Source: Fidelibacterota bacterium (GTDB lineage: Bacteria; Fidelibacterota; Marinisomatia; Marinisomatales; Marinisomataceae). Taken from it: DNA of 27,232 nt. Of the stretch, positions 25,749 through 27,232 are shown in pieces. Positions within the stretch are counted from its first letter, which is position 1, and each line of letters begins with the position of its first letter. A program made the translations under genes and the position numbers. The notes beneath the pieces were generated by a model. That model was not told the DNA's origin. It did no database searches and saw nothing but the letters and a program-made list of their open reading frames with translations. Where the stretch lies: NCBI GenBank assembly GCA_018672235.1, contig JABHGE010000005.1, positions 1 through 27,232 of the forward strand, in the 5' to 3' direction.

Positions 25749-26285
25749 TTGTATAAACTTTCCTTATTTTTGCTTAGTTTTTTTAGCATCATTATGGCAG
25801 AAGAAAATACAAATCAAAAAGAAGCTTTCTTTGCAGCGGGATGTTTTTGGGGCGTAGAGTCCACATTTCAGCAATTAGAGGGCGTAGAATCAACAACGGT
25901 TGGCTATACTGGGGGTAACGTAAAAAACCCTTCTTATGAGCTAGTATGTACTGGGATAACAGATCATGCTGAAGCTGTTCAAGTGGTTTATGACCCAAGT
26001 GTAATTTCTTACGAAGAGCTTTTAGATACTTTTTTTGAATTACATGACCCAACAACAATTGATAGACAAGGTCCCGATGTAGGATCTCAGTATCGTTCAG
26101 CAATATTTTATACTAACGAAGAGGAGAAGACTTTGGTTGAGATCAAAATTAATCAGGTGAATGAGTCTGGAAAATTTCGATCAAGAATCGTGACAGAAGT
26201 AGCTCCTATAAACAATTTTTACGATGCAGAAGATTATCACCAAGATTATTACAAAAAAAGAGGTATAATTGGTTGCGCAATATAA
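25749..26285 (+). CDS. msrA: Peptide-methionine (S)-S-oxide reductase, probably exported
   Basis: AAGCFWG, GYTGG, HAEAV, HDPT..DRQGPDVGSQYRS, AEDYHQDY, C-terminal Cys. Start uncertain: ATG 25728, TTG 25749 or ATG 25794. Confidence 0.93.
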   Translation: MYKLSLFLLSFFSIIMAEENTNQKEAFFAAGCFWGVESTFQQLEGVESTTVGYTGGNVKNPSYELVCTGITDHAEAVQVVYDPSVISYEELLDTFFELHDPTTIDRQGPDVGSQYRSAIFYTNEEEKTLVEIKINQVNESGKFRSRIVTEVAPINNFYDAEDYHQDYYKKRGIIGCAI

Positions 26286-26300
26286 AACCGGGAGAATAGG

Positions 26301-26825
26301 ATGAGATTTCAAAAAAGTGTTTATTTATTATCGTTTTTATTATTAGTTGTTTTTACTTCTGACTTACAGGGTCAATTTAGAAGAAAGAAGGTTAAGCTTA
26401 GCGAGACTAATAAAATTGAAGAGTTTATCAATGATCATATCCAGGATCCATTTATGATAGAGCATATTCAATCTATTCAATCAGAGTTAGTAAAGCTTGG
26501 ATTTGAAATTCTTCCACCAGAAACAAACGGAGATTTAACAGTAGAAGTTATATTTGAAGACTTTAATTTTGATCCTGTTTATGGGTCTACTGCAGATCCG
26601 AGAACGTCACATATTATTTTTAGAAATCCAAAAACAAGTAAAGTTATTGCAAAGTTTTTGTCTAATTCCATACTACAAGATGATGATTTTGACGGTCCAA
26701 TGACCAACGCTTTTGGTAATTCAACATCGTCTATGCGTAGTGGCTACGGGGAAAGTTCAAATCAACCAATCGATGTGAATGCTATTATCTTAGATTGGAT
26801 GAAACAAATTAAAAACTTCTACTAA
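26301..26825 (+). CDS. Secreted hypothetical protein
   Basis: SD GGGAG; signal peptide MRFQKSVYLLSFLLLVVFTSDLQG|Q; no family recognised. Confidence 0.7.
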   Translation: MRFQKSVYLLSFLLLVVFTSDLQGQFRRKKVKLSETNKIEEFINDHIQDPFMIEHIQSIQSELVKLGFEILPPETNGDLTVEVIFEDFNFDPVYGSTADPRTSHIIFRNPKTSKVIAKFLSNSILQDDDFDGPMTNAFGNSTSSMRSGYGESSNQPIDVNAIILDWMKQIKNFY

Positions 26826-26828
26826 GCC

Positions 26829-27232
26829 TTGGCCTATAATCACAAAGCTATTGAACCTAAGTGGCAGAAGTATTGGTCTGACAATGAAACATTTAAGACG
26901 GGTACTGACAGTGAAAAGCCAAAATACTATGTTCTTGATATGTTTCCTTATCCTTCTGGATCCGGTCTTCATGTAGGGCATGCTCTTGGATATGTTGCAA
27001 CAGATATTGTTGCCCGATTTAAGAGAATGAAAGGATTTAATGTTCTTCATCCTATGGGCTGGGATGCTTTCGGACTCCCTGCAGAACAGTATGCCATAAA
27101 AACAGGAACTCACCCTAAAATTACTACAGCTGATAATATCAGTAATTTTAAACGTCAAATTAATCAATTAGGCTTTTCTTATGATTGGTCTAAAGAGATA
27201 AATACAACAGATGCGGACTATTATAAGTGGAC
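26829..27232 (+). CDS. leuS: Leucyl-tRNA synthetase, 5' part (runs off window)
   Basis: Not in ORF track. TTG start: [16 protein letters not shown]...[20 protein letters not shown]...[16 protein letters not shown]...[18 protein letters not shown]. Confidence 0.97.
   Translation, partial: MAYNHKAIEPKWQKYWSDNETFKTGTDSEKPKYYVLDMFPYPSGSGLHVGHALGYVATDIVARFKRMKGFNVLHPMGWDAFGLPAEQYAIKTGTHPKITTADNISNFKRQINQLGFSYDWSKEINTTDADYYKW

Noticed and set aside
26799..26831. Hypothetical gene in frame with leuS across one TAA (read-through fusion or pseudogene)
   Set aside because: The upstream protein has a signal peptide while LeuS is cytoplasmic; LeuS has a normal N-terminus from TTG 26829; in-frame abutment also occurs at 1624/1625 and nusA/infB.
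743..27167. Minus-strand and alternative-frame ORFs in the track (743-982, 1825-2118, 7924-8142, 10919-11218, 17212-17457, 18770-18970, 20985-21272, 21834-22031, 22256-22516, 25792-26103, 26790-27167)
   Set aside because: All lie within or across well-supported + strand genes and show no recognisable motifs; typical shadow ORFs.

Overview
An AT-rich, gene-dense bacterial chromosome segment with almost all genes on the + strand. Gene style suggests a streamlined marine diderm of the FCB/Marinimicrobia type (inference only): FlgD/T9SS-like C-terminal domain, carboxypeptidase-regulatory-like N-terminus on the TonB receptor, many lipoproteins. Left half (envelope/accessory): partial minus-strand alkylsulfatase-like lipoprotein; fold-type IV aminotransferase; a three-gene lipoprotein operon (SmpA/BamE-like plus two paralogous unknown lipoproteins) behind an ECF-type promoter; a 1244-aa choice-of-anchor B surface protein; DedA; M28/PDZ peptidase with a TolB-like propeller; a FecA-like TonB receptor with two Fur-like operators; a secreted unknown protein; trhO; a TPR membrane protein. 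Right half (housekeeping): nusA-infB-rbfA-truB-ribF-rpsO-pnp without rimP, ald, a MerR-type regulator, an AGMO-like desaturase, an unannotated 47-aa membrane protein, probably exported msrA, a secreted unknown protein and the start of leuS. I saw no tRNA, rRNA, CRISPR array or mobile element. Best candidates for undescribed biology: the ECF-promoter lipoprotein triad, a recurring leaderless-type promoter geometry, the 47-aa ORF before msrA, and a rimP-type leader hairpin directly on nusA. All family calls come from motif recognition, not database searches.
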